Shown one piece after another: positions 25,359 through 31,515 of a DNA stretch of 32,000 nt; within the stretch, counting starts at the first letter, position 1, and the number at the start of each line of letters is the position of its first letter. This DNA is from Prochlorococcus marinus subsp. pastoris str. CCMP1986 (lineage in GTDB: Bacteria; Cyanobacteriota; Cyanobacteriia; PCC-6307; Cyanobiaceae), in the NCBI RefSeq assembly GCF_000011465.1, contig NC_005072.1, forward strand, positions 1,320,001-1,352,000, in the 5' to 3' direction. Made by a program: the position numbers and the translations under genes. The notes beneath the pieces are model-generated. The model saw only the letters and a program-made list of their open reading frames with translations, did not search any database and had not been told where the DNA came from.

Positions 25359-25567
25359 TAAAAAATACCTGGAATGATTTGACCTGTTGTTACGTATGCA
25401 CCTAATAATGCTACGAAGCCAATCATTGCCCAACGACCGTTAACTTTTTCTGCGTTTTGAGGATAGCCGTCATAAGAAACTGACTCATCTATGTAAGGAC
25501 GAGTTTCTGATGGAAACATGTTTTGTCTTCCGCCAGACTCAGTTGTTGTGTATGAAGAATTTGACAT
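25358..25567 (-). CDS. hli: high-light-inducible protein, 69 aa
   Basis: ...QNAEKVNGRWAMIGFVALLGAYVTTGQIIPGIF. TAATG overlaps at both ends. Confidence 0.9.
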   Translation of the reverse strand: MSNSSYTTTESGGRQNMFPSETRPYIDESVSYDGYPQNAEKVNGRWAMIGFVALLGAYVTTGQIIPGIF

Positions 25568-25674
25568 TAGAAAAAACCAGGAATTATTTGACCAGTTGTT
25601 ACGTATGCGCCAACAGCTGCTACGAAACCAAGCATTGCTGCTAAGCCGTTAAATCTTTCTGCGTCAGGTGTCAT
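25567..25674 (-). CDS. hli: high-light-inducible protein, 35 aa
   Basis: MTPDAERFNGLAAMLGFVAAVGAYVTTGQIIPGFF. Near-identical to the product of 14613-14720. Confidence 0.9.
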   Translation of the reverse strand: MTPDAERFNGLAAMLGFVAAVGAYVTTGQIIPGFF

Positions 25675-25698
25675 AATTAAAATTTGATTATGTAAACA

Positions 25699-25727
25699 AA
25701 TATAACACAACTATTAATGAATGTAAA
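25699..25727 (-). promoter_or_regulatory. promoter of the 4-gene hli operon (-35 TTTACA, 17 nt, -10 TATATT)
   Basis: On the minus strand, TTTACA at 25727-25722 and TATATT at 25704-25699, with the core GTGTTATATTTGTTTAC shared with the other hli promoters. Confidence 0.55.
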
Positions 25728-25850
25728 GATATTGGCCTCTATTAGTGCTTAAATAGTATTTTCTATACATTTTTGATACATTAATGTATAAAAGTCATTA
25801 AACTTATCTATTTATTGTTAACAAGTAAGATTTTGAAAGGTAAAAAAATA

Positions 25851-25961
25851 ATGTCAATTTCATACTACAGAGAGCAAAGAATAATGCTTTTAGGAGGACA
25901 AAATATTGTTCTGGCCAGTGAAAATCAAGAGGAAATTGAACCTATCTGGGCGAAAAAATAA
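25851..25961 (+). CDS. micro-ORF (36 aa)
   Basis: MSISYYREQRIMLLGGQNIVLASENQEEIEPIWAKK. Confidence 0.3.
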   Translation: MSISYYREQRIMLLGGQNIVLASENQEEIEPIWAKK

Positions 25962-25980
25962 ATGATAAATATTCAAAAAA

Positions 25981-26022
25981 ATGAAACGCTTACTACTTAC
26001 ACCGCTAATAGTTACGAATTGA
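25981..26022 (+). pseudogene. truncated MKRLLL signal-peptide gene start (13 codons)
   Basis: ATGAAACGCTTACTAC... encodes MKRLLLTPLIVTN then stops. The downstream -1 frame (LTAESHYGESLIPVKFTT) is colinear with the region upstream of and into ORF 27474-27623. Confidence 0.35.
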
Positions 26023-26107
26023 CAGCCGAATCCCATTACGGTGAATCGTTGATTCCAGTAAAATTTACTACTTAGGAAACTAAGAGATAATTGATTAGTC
26101 TTTTTTA

Positions 26108-26626
26108 TCAGGTTAGTGATTTGATTTCTCGTTCTATCGGATTAAACCCAACTTTCTTAATTTGATCATTTTCCCAAACCCAATAAACAGGTGGAGTTTT
26201 TCTTGCCTTTATTAAACTTATTTGGTCTAATTTTTGTGGGATAAATTCTTTAGCTGGATCAAAAAATTTATCTCTTGTGGGTTGATTTAAGACAATACTA
26301 CCTTCTTTTCCTGAAATTGATCTGTGATAAGTTCCAATAGGAATTTCTAATGCCCCCATAGATCTATTTAAATAAATTACATGATGGGGTTCATCCCATG
26401 CAGGATTTATTAGAACAAATGTTCTTTCCCCAGCAATAACTAAGTTGTGATCACTTTGATGATTGTGAACGTAATATTGTTCATCTTTAAAATCATCTGG
26501 AGGAGATATAGCCTCTTCAGAGTGAATTACCACATCGCAACCATTAGATGCCTCCAAGCCTGCATCAAAGAATGTCACTTTTGGAGTCTCTCTAAAAATT
26601 GTTGTTGGGAAGAATCTTAATTTCAT
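26108..26626 (-). CDS. cupin-like protein, unknown function (172 aa)
   Basis: YVHNHQSDHNLVIAGERTFVL and IPIGTYHRS resemble the two cupin motifs. Fold-level inference only. Confidence 0.6.
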   Translation of the reverse strand: MKLRFFPTTIFRETPKVTFFDAGLEASNGCDVVIHSEEAISPPDDFKDEQYYVHNHQSDHNLVIAGERTFVLINPAWDEPHHVIYLNRSMGALEIPIGTYHRSISGKEGSIVLNQPTRDKFFDPAKEFIPQKLDQISLIKARKTPPVYWVWENDQIKKVGFNPIEREIKSLT

Positions 26627-26700
26627 TGTTCAACTTCTCATTAATAAATTTATAAATATTTTTAGGATTTATAAGCTATAAAATAACGATTAATTTATAG

Positions 26701-26847
26701 TCAGTTGCAACAAACTAAACAATCTTCTTTTGTTGGATAATCCATACATTCTTTCTTTAAAGTTTCTTCTAAAACTTTTACTTTGTTGACATAGTCAAGA
26801 TCTCTAAACTCTTTTTTTGGAACGGTGAATTGAGTTTGTAGTTTCAT
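26701..26847 (-). CDS. small protein with C-terminal EC..YP.K..CL..C motif (48 aa), paralog of 15506-15655
   Basis: MKLQTQFTVPKKEFRDLDYVNKVKVLEETLKKECMDYPTKEDCLVCCN. GGAGG Shine-Dalgarno 6 nt upstream. Confidence 0.55.
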   Translation of the reverse strand: MKLQTQFTVPKKEFRDLDYVNKVKVLEETLKKECMDYPTKEDCLVCCN

Positions 26848-26875
26848 TTAGACCTCCTAGATCCATATCTATATT
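26847..26875 (+). promoter_or_regulatory. putative promoter of leader element P (-35 TTTAGA, 17 nt, -10 TATATT)
   Basis: TTTAGA at 26847-26852 and TATATT at 26870-26875. This would give a ~250-nt 5' leader before ATG 27131. Confidence 0.4.
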
Positions 26876-26904
26876 GTCCTACTATTGCCCTGTAATTTAT
26901 AGGG

Positions 26905-27030
26905 CGGTTTGAGGAACAATTAGGTACGGAAAGAGGACCGAATTATGAGACTGTTATTTAATTGTCATTCCTAGGATTAAAACATGGTTGTCATGAGGCA
27001 GTTGCAGGGATACAACTGAAGCCAACCATA
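26905..27030 (+). ncRNA. structured leader element, copy P (126 nt)
   Basis: Box CGGTTTGAGGAACAATTAGGTACGGAAAGAGG, a 47-nt variable segment, then the nested hairpin ATGGTTG-TCATGAGG-CAGTTG-CAGGGATA-CAACTG-AAGC-CAACCAT. The inner stem differs from copy M by G to A opposite U, so pairing is preserved. Confidence 0.5.
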
Positions 27031-27130
27031 AATTATTTGAGATAAAATCGAGAGAGAGATATCACTCATCAATCAGTAAATATATGATTGACAGTCGATC
27101 TAAAATAAGGGGCAATTAGTTTTTTTGTTT

Positions 27131-27412
27131 ATGTCAATTGAAACAACTGTTTTAGATTTCAAATTAAGCAACACTTTTGAGGAATATCAGGCTCACATGA
27201 ATGCTCCTGAACAACAAGCCATGTTTAAAGAGATGGGAGTAAAAACCTTTTATATTGGTAAATCATTAGAAGACCCTAAAAGAGCAACCGTTATGTTTCA
27301 AGGACCAGTAAATACTTGTTACGACATCTTTGTTAACCCAGAAACAAAACCAATAGTTGAAGCCTCAGGTCATATTTATGAAGGGACAATAATTAATCGC
27401 TGGATTTCTTAA
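27131..27412 (+). CDS. conserved hypothetical protein (93 aa; TTG 27125 is an alternative start)
   Basis: MSIETTVLDFKLSNTFEEYQAHMNAPEQQAMFKEMGVKTFYIGKSLEDPKRATVMFQGPVNTCYDIFVNPETKPIVEASGHIYEGTIINRWIS. A paralogous pseudogene lies at 18524-18808. Confidence 0.7.
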   Translation: MSIETTVLDFKLSNTFEEYQAHMNAPEQQAMFKEMGVKTFYIGKSLEDPKRATVMFQGPVNTCYDIFVNPETKPIVEASGHIYEGTIINRWIS

Positions 27413-27473
27413 TAATTTTGAAACGCTTACTACGTGCACCACTTTATTATTGACAGATAGCTATAAAGTATTA

Positions 27474-27623
27474 ATGGAACTTGAGAAAGGAGAAATAATT
27501 GAAATTCCAGTAGAAAATCCTACTTATTTAACAAATGCAAAGCAACCAGAAATTGGGATTATTGTTTTAAGTTTTACTGTAGTTTTATTAGTATTGGCTA
27601 TCTATAATAGAAAGCGGCATTAA
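27474..27623 (+). CDS. tail-anchored micro-protein (49 aa)
   Basis: MELEKGEIIEIPVENPTYLTNAKQPEIGIIVLSFTVVLLVLAIYNRKRH. It is preceded by a degenerate GAAACGCTTACTAC repeat. Confidence 0.4.
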   Translation: MELEKGEIIEIPVENPTYLTNAKQPEIGIIVLSFTVVLLVLAIYNRKRH

Positions 27624-27691
27624 TACCGATATACAGAAAAAAATAATCATAGTAATTTTATCTTGATCTAACGGATCTAAGCTAAAAATCC

Positions 27692-27736
27692 AGAGATTGT
27701 TTCCTTTTAAAGGCGGGAGTGCAATCTCTTTTTTTT
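27692..27736 (+). terminator. intrinsic terminator
   Basis: Stem AGAGATTG / CAATCTCT with a 22-nt loop, followed by eight T. Confidence 0.55.
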
Positions 27737-27828
27737 GTTAGCTTATTAAAAGTTAAAAGGTGAGATTACTCATAGAGATTCATAAAATTTATGCTTAAAT
27801 ATTCGAGATTCTTATTCAACTTATAAAT

Positions 27829-28188
27829 ATGGTTTACTCACAAGCAAAAGTTATTGCAGGTGGATTAGCTCATATCCCAATAGTCATATCAGTTTTTTAT
27901 TTTATAATGATATCTTTTAATATTAGAGCATTGGAATATGCTGAAGCGAATAAATCAATAAAACCAAAGTCAAATGTACTGGGATCAAAAACTGAAGCGA
28001 AGCCATTGATGGCTGTGAAAGCAGAAACGGAAGATGTAAAAGAAACCGAAGTTAAAGAAGAGAAAGCACAAGCTATAAAGGGAATCTCAAATAAGCTAGA
28101 AGAGATTGAAAAAAAAGCAGAAGATGTAAAAGAAAAAGTGAAGAAGAAACAGAAAGACAAGAAAAAAAAGAAGAAAAAAAAGATATGA
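27829..28188 (+). CDS. membrane-anchored K/E-rich protein with poly-Lys tail (119 aa)
   Basis: N-terminal helix GGLAHIPIVISVFYFIMISF, repeated EDVKE units and C-terminal KKKQKDKKKKKKKKI. ORF-track ORF. Confidence 0.55.
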   Translation: MVYSQAKVIAGGLAHIPIVISVFYFIMISFNIRALEYAEANKSIKPKSNVLGSKTEAKPLMAVKAETEDVKETEVKEEKAQAIKGISNKLEEIEKKAEDVKEKVKKKQKDKKKKKKKKI

Positions 28189-28239
28189 ATAGGGATTAAC
28201 TATGTGAAAGGATTGTCATCCAATTTGCATTCCATTCAT

Positions 28240-28371
28240 ATGGTAGTTTTTGCTCAAGCATTTATGCTTTGGGGTTCTCAGCACTATATTTTTATATTCG
28301 ATAGGAGTATAAATAATTCAAGAGTCAAAAGCACTTCATCGACTTTGTGGACACTGAGGTGCATGACTTGA
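28240..28371 (+). CDS. doubtful micro-ORF (43 aa)
   Basis: MVVFAQAFMLWGSQHYIFIFDRSINNSRVKSTSSTLWTLRCMT. Its stop abuts the following hairpin. Confidence 0.25.
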   Translation: MVVFAQAFMLWGSQHYIFIFDRSINNSRVKSTSSTLWTLRCMT

Positions 28372-28400
28372 AGAGGGCGACAAGCCCTCTTATTTATTTA
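28371..28400 (+). terminator. GC-rich hairpin, terminator-like
   Basis: AAGAGGGC-GACAA-GCCCTCTT followed by ATTTATTTA. A CTTATGACGATG motif 10 nt downstream recalls the family flank in reverse orientation. Confidence 0.45.
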
Positions 28401-28592
28401 CTTATGACGATGTATCAGAAATATCAAATCACATAAATAAATACAATAATAACTTTGTATCAACATGAACTAAATAAATACGATCTAATATTGCTATAAA
28501 TATAAGCGTGGTTGATATTGGCATCGTTCCGCCGATATTACCGCCCGGATTGGTGGAAGCTTAATATATTCTATTATTTAACTGGTAGTACA

Positions 28593-28688
28593 TTAGATTA
28601 AAACGAGGATTATTAGCAGTAACATAAGCACGTTTAATGCAACTCCTATCCGAAATAAAGTCCTATTATCTTCACCCTCATCACTCAT
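28593..28688 (-). CDS. single-helix micro-ORF (31 aa)
   Basis: MSDEGEDNRTLFRIGVALNVLMLLLIILVLI. It overlaps the upstream ORF by 8 nt. Confidence 0.35.
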   Translation of the reverse strand: MSDEGEDNRTLFRIGVALNVLMLLLIILVLI

Positions 28689-28830
28689 TTAAGCTATCCA
28701 TAAAGTGTTGTCTTCTGATCTTTTCAATCTCTTTAATCTTTTCCTGTAGCCATAAAATATTTTCTGATCTTTTTTTAAAATAAGAAATCTTAGGTTGATT
28801 GATTTCTAATGTTTCATAATCTCCACTCAT
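28681..28830 (-). CDS. micro-ORF (49 aa), helical
   Basis: MSGDYETLEINQPKISYFKKRSENILWLQEKIKEIEKIRRQHFMDSLNE. Confidence 0.4.
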   Translation of the reverse strand: MSGDYETLEINQPKISYFKKRSENILWLQEKIKEIEKIRRQHFMDSLNE

Positions 28831-29116
28831 AAATTCCCCCAAATTTATATTTCATTAAAACTCTAATTAGTGTATTTATTATTTTTACTAAGGAGAAAAT
28901 AAGAAAGAATTAATTTATGGTTAAAAAGAATCAACTGATCGCGAGAGAGGGAAATAAAAATATTTTCGAGAGGATTATAAACTTAAATTTTATTTTTCTT
29001 ATTCGTATCTTATTTAATTCTTAAAGAAGAGTTCAGTAAATCTTTTAAACTGAAATTAGATTCTATATTCGCCTCACACGAAAGATAGAAGCTTTCTCTT
29101 TTTGAAATAATTTGGT

Positions 29117-29317
29117 ATGACATATTTTGCAGAACCAAATTACATAGCATATGACCGGTGGTTTGATTCAAATATCAATCCAGTTGATTTAATTGACAAT
29201 TCAGATGAAAAAGAATTTAGTAATTTTGTTAATGAAAAATTCAATGATATTTCAAGTTTAAATATATTTATAGGTGCCTCACAACATAAACAAATAAATA
29301 TTTTTCCTTTTTTCTAA
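29117..29317 (+). CDS. hypothetical acidic small protein (66 aa)
   Basis: ORF-track ORF, no motif. Confidence 0.4.
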   Translation: MTYFAEPNYIAYDRWFDSNINPVDLIDNSDEKEFSNFVNEKFNDISSLNIFIGASQHKQINIFPFF

Positions 29318-29354
29318 TTTGCTTGCAGATTTAAAGCTTTCTTATATTTGATAG

Positions 29355-29756
29355 TTAAGCAGCTTTTTGATTTGATTCCTCTTGTTCAAAATTTGCTTTA
29401 TTTTCCTTAATCGCTGGATTAGCCCATTTTAATAATCTTATAGCTAATCTTAAATCCCCCTCTAACCAGGCTCTAATTGCTATTGCTCTTCTTGGATCAT
29501 AAAATTTTTGTTTTCTATACCAATAAAAAACATTTTCATCTGATTTGTTTCCATTACAAGTAAGACAAGCTGGAACACAATTTTCTGTTATGCTTAAGCC
29601 TCCCTTACTTTGTGGTAATAAATGATCAATAGATTCTGATGGTTTGCCGCAATATATACACCTTTTTCCTGTAAATGTATGGATAGATTTTCGCCAATAT
29701 CTTAATTTGATTTTAGGACATAAATCCTCTAAAAACACTGCATCATCAATATGCAT
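29355..29756 (-). CDS. HNH endonuclease
   Basis: CIYCGKPSESIDHLLPQSKGG...NCVPACLTCNGNK. The paired CxxC zinc knuckles and the H-N-N catalytic spacing are characteristic of HNH. Confidence 0.88.
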   Translation of the reverse strand: MHIDDAVFLEDLCPKIKLRYWRKSIHTFTGKRCIYCGKPSESIDHLLPQSKGGLSITENCVPACLTCNGNKSDENVFYWYRKQKFYDPRRAIAIRAWLEGDLRLAIRLLKWANPAIKENKANFEQEESNQKAA

Positions 29757-29909
29757 TAAGATTATTTAATTACTTCTATTTGTGCCTTATTAAATTTAAA
29801 AATAATTTAAGAAAAGTTTATCATTAACAATAAAATTTAAAGCGCTTACTAGTTGAACCGTTTTCTTATTGGCAGATGGTAAATAATTATTAGACCGAAA
29901 ACATAAAAT

Positions 29910-30032
29910 ATGGGCGAAAAAAGATGCCGCAACTTAATCACTTGTTCTAGGAAATTAAATTTAAAAAAATATGTTCATCAGTCTATGGAGATGCAAGAAA
30001 GGAATATGAGCAGTTATTGGAAAAGGATTTAA
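29910..30032 (+). CDS. doubtful micro-ORF (40 aa), degenerate relative of 18998-19198
   Basis: It shares AAAATATGGGCGAA at the start and AAAAAATAT...ATGGAG further in with 18998-19198. It lacks the C-terminal helix. Confidence 0.25.
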   Translation: MGEKRCRNLITCSRKLNLKKYVHQSMEMQERNMSSYWKRI

Positions 30033-30040
30033 AAATCTGC

Positions 30041-30088
30041 ATTAAAAAGTGCTTGCCAGTATCACTATTGGCAAACACTCATGACGAT
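30041..30088 (-). terminator. hairpin-family copy T4
   Basis: Minus-strand reading ATCGTCATGA + GTGTTTGCCA-ATAGTGATAC-TGGCAAGCAC + TTTTTAAT. Confidence 0.5.
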
Positions 30089-30101
30089 GTTTTTTGAAAA
30101 T

Positions 30102-30212
30102 CTAAACGAACATTTCTGTTGATGTAGTGATACTTAAAATTACAGAAATAAAGAAAATGTAAGGAACTACCTTAAAAGGAACATATCCTCGGCGTTTAGA
30201 AATAAAGTCCAT
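30102..30212 (-). CDS. single-helix micro-ORF (36 aa) abutting the hli stop
   Basis: MDFISKRRGYVPFKVVPYIFFISVILSITTSTEMFV. Its ATG follows the hli TAA with no gap. Confidence 0.4.
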   Translation of the reverse strand: MDFISKRRGYVPFKVVPYIFFISVILSITTSTEMFV

Positions 30213-30368
30213 TTAGACGAATCCAGGAATAATTTGACCTGTTGTTAAATAAGCACCAATAGCAGCTATGAAGCCAATCATGGCAAATCTGCCGTTGAGC
30301 TTTTCTGCAACAACTTTTTCCTTCTCAACTGTTTTTGTTTCGAGAACTTTAACTTTTTTTGAGTTCAT
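30213..30368 (-). CDS. hli: high-light-inducible protein, 51 aa
   Basis: MNSKKVKVLETKTVEKEKVVAEKLNGRFAMIGFIAAIGAYLTTGQIIPGFV. Confidence 0.9.
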   Translation of the reverse strand: MNSKKVKVLETKTVEKEKVVAEKLNGRFAMIGFIAAIGAYLTTGQIIPGFV

Positions 30369-30394
30369 AAGAAAAATAGATTGCTACGTAAACA

Positions 30395-30423
30395 AATATA
30401 ACATTAATATTACTTTCTGTAAA
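30395..30423 (-). promoter_or_regulatory. hli promoter (-35 TTTACA, 17 nt, -10 TATATT)
   Basis: On the minus strand, TTTACA at 30423-30418 and TATATT at 30400-30395, with the shared core ATGTTATATTTGTTTAC. Confidence 0.55.
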
Positions 30424-30540
30424 GAAATAATGCTATTTATCTTGGATTTTAGATATCTTAACACAATCCTGGCACAGTTATGAGTCAAAATATAAATATC
30501 CTTTATGTAGTTACCCTTTTAAAAAATTTCCCTTTCAGAA

Positions 30541-30580
30541 GCGGACTAATCCTTCGTGGAGTTTATGGACCTTAGTCCGC
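30541..30580. repeat. 40-nt hairpin with perfect 9-bp outer stem
   Basis: GCGGACTAA ... TTAGTCCGC enclosing TCCTTCGTGGAGTTTATGGACC (inner TCC/GGA pairing). GC-rich for this window, with no T-run on either side. Confidence 0.5.
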
Positions 30581-30756
30581 AATATATAAATAGCCTTTTA
30601 TTTAATATCATAAGGTAAGGAAAGTTTAAAAATTTTTTAAGATAACGAAACCTCCCTATTTTTGGGCAAGAAAATACCCTTGCGAGGTTAGATAATGGGG
30701 ATGAACTGGATTTTTAAAAGGACTCGTTTATATCTTCTTTAATTTTTTTAAAGATC

Positions 30757-30987
30757 TTAGTCGCAATACTTTCCAGAGCTAATAAATTCTGAATTTTGTG
30801 AAGTAATTCTTTCTAAGTTTTTGTTTAAATTTTTAGTTTGATTAGAAGCTAAATAAAATCCAATGGTTAAAAAAACAAGTGCTATTGAAGTAACTATTGT
30901 GCTTAACTGAAGAACCCCATCTGCCAAAATAGTTGGAGTTTTTGGAGATAAAATAGCTTTTCCCCCCTTCACTTTTGATTTTGCCAT
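30757..30987 (-). CDS. single-pass membrane protein (76 aa)
   Basis: ORF-track ORF with a basic N-terminus and the helix LSTIVTSIALVFLTIGFYLA. Confidence 0.55.
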   Translation of the reverse strand: MAKSKVKGGKAILSPKTPTILADGVLQLSTIVTSIALVFLTIGFYLASNQTKNLNKNLERITSQNSEFISSGKYCD

Positions 30988-31143
30988 AATCTTAATCTTT
31001 ACTTTTACTTAACTAATTGTTAACAATAGGTCGAAAATATTAATTTGTCAGCTAGTCACATTACCTATTTGGATGACTTAAGTATGATAAATACTCCTGG
31101 AACAATTACGAACAATTGGAGATAAGAGAAATAATCGTTTCAA

Positions 31144-31515
31144 TTAAAATTTAAGTTTTGTTTTTACTCTATTTTTATTTTCAGAATTAAATTTAAAAAG
31201 TCCCGAGTCAGTAAATATAGTCAATTCATCGCCATATGATTCCTGGATAGATAAACCTTCATCAGAATCTAAATTTTTAACAAATACATTTCCGACTAGT
31301 TTTAAAGTTCTCGCATCTTTGTCGTAAGTAAGCTTATTTGAGGAGGCTTCAAAATTATTCTTATTACTTTTGATAACTACATTTCCAATAGCTTCAAAAC
31401 TCCCTTTTACGTTTTGTATCTGAGAATCAGAGGTAACTGTATAATTCAGCTTCTCTTTTGCAAATGAAATTTCAGTTAAAAGTAATAGTAGCGGGGCAAA
31501 TAGTAAGCGTTTCAT
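31144..31515 (-). CDS. OstA/LptA-like periplasmic protein
   Basis: Signal peptide MKRLLFAPLLLLLTEISFA, then repeated beta-jellyroll strands GNVVIKS...LTYDKDARTLKLVGNVFV, as in LptA/OstA N-terminal domains. Confidence 0.7.
   Translation of the reverse strand: MKRLLFAPLLLLLTEISFAKEKLNYTVTSDSQIQNVKGSFEAIGNVVIKSNKNNFEASSNKLTYDKDARTLKLVGNVFVKNLDSDEGLSIQESYGDELTIFTDSGLFKFNSENKNRVKTKLKF

Noticed and set aside
27897-28160. 87-aa ORF antisense to the K/E-rich protein gene
   Set aside because: It is the F/S-rich mirror image of a purine-rich coding strand.
29072-29079. CCTCACAC, resembling the core of the Yfr1 sRNA motif (ACTCCTCACAC)
   Set aside because: Only 8 of 11 positions match, which is expected about once by chance in a window this size on two strands. 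The flanking hairpins are weak and the genomic context is wrong.
30268-30483. 71-aa plus-strand ORF
   Set aside because: It is antisense to a clear hli gene and its promoter.
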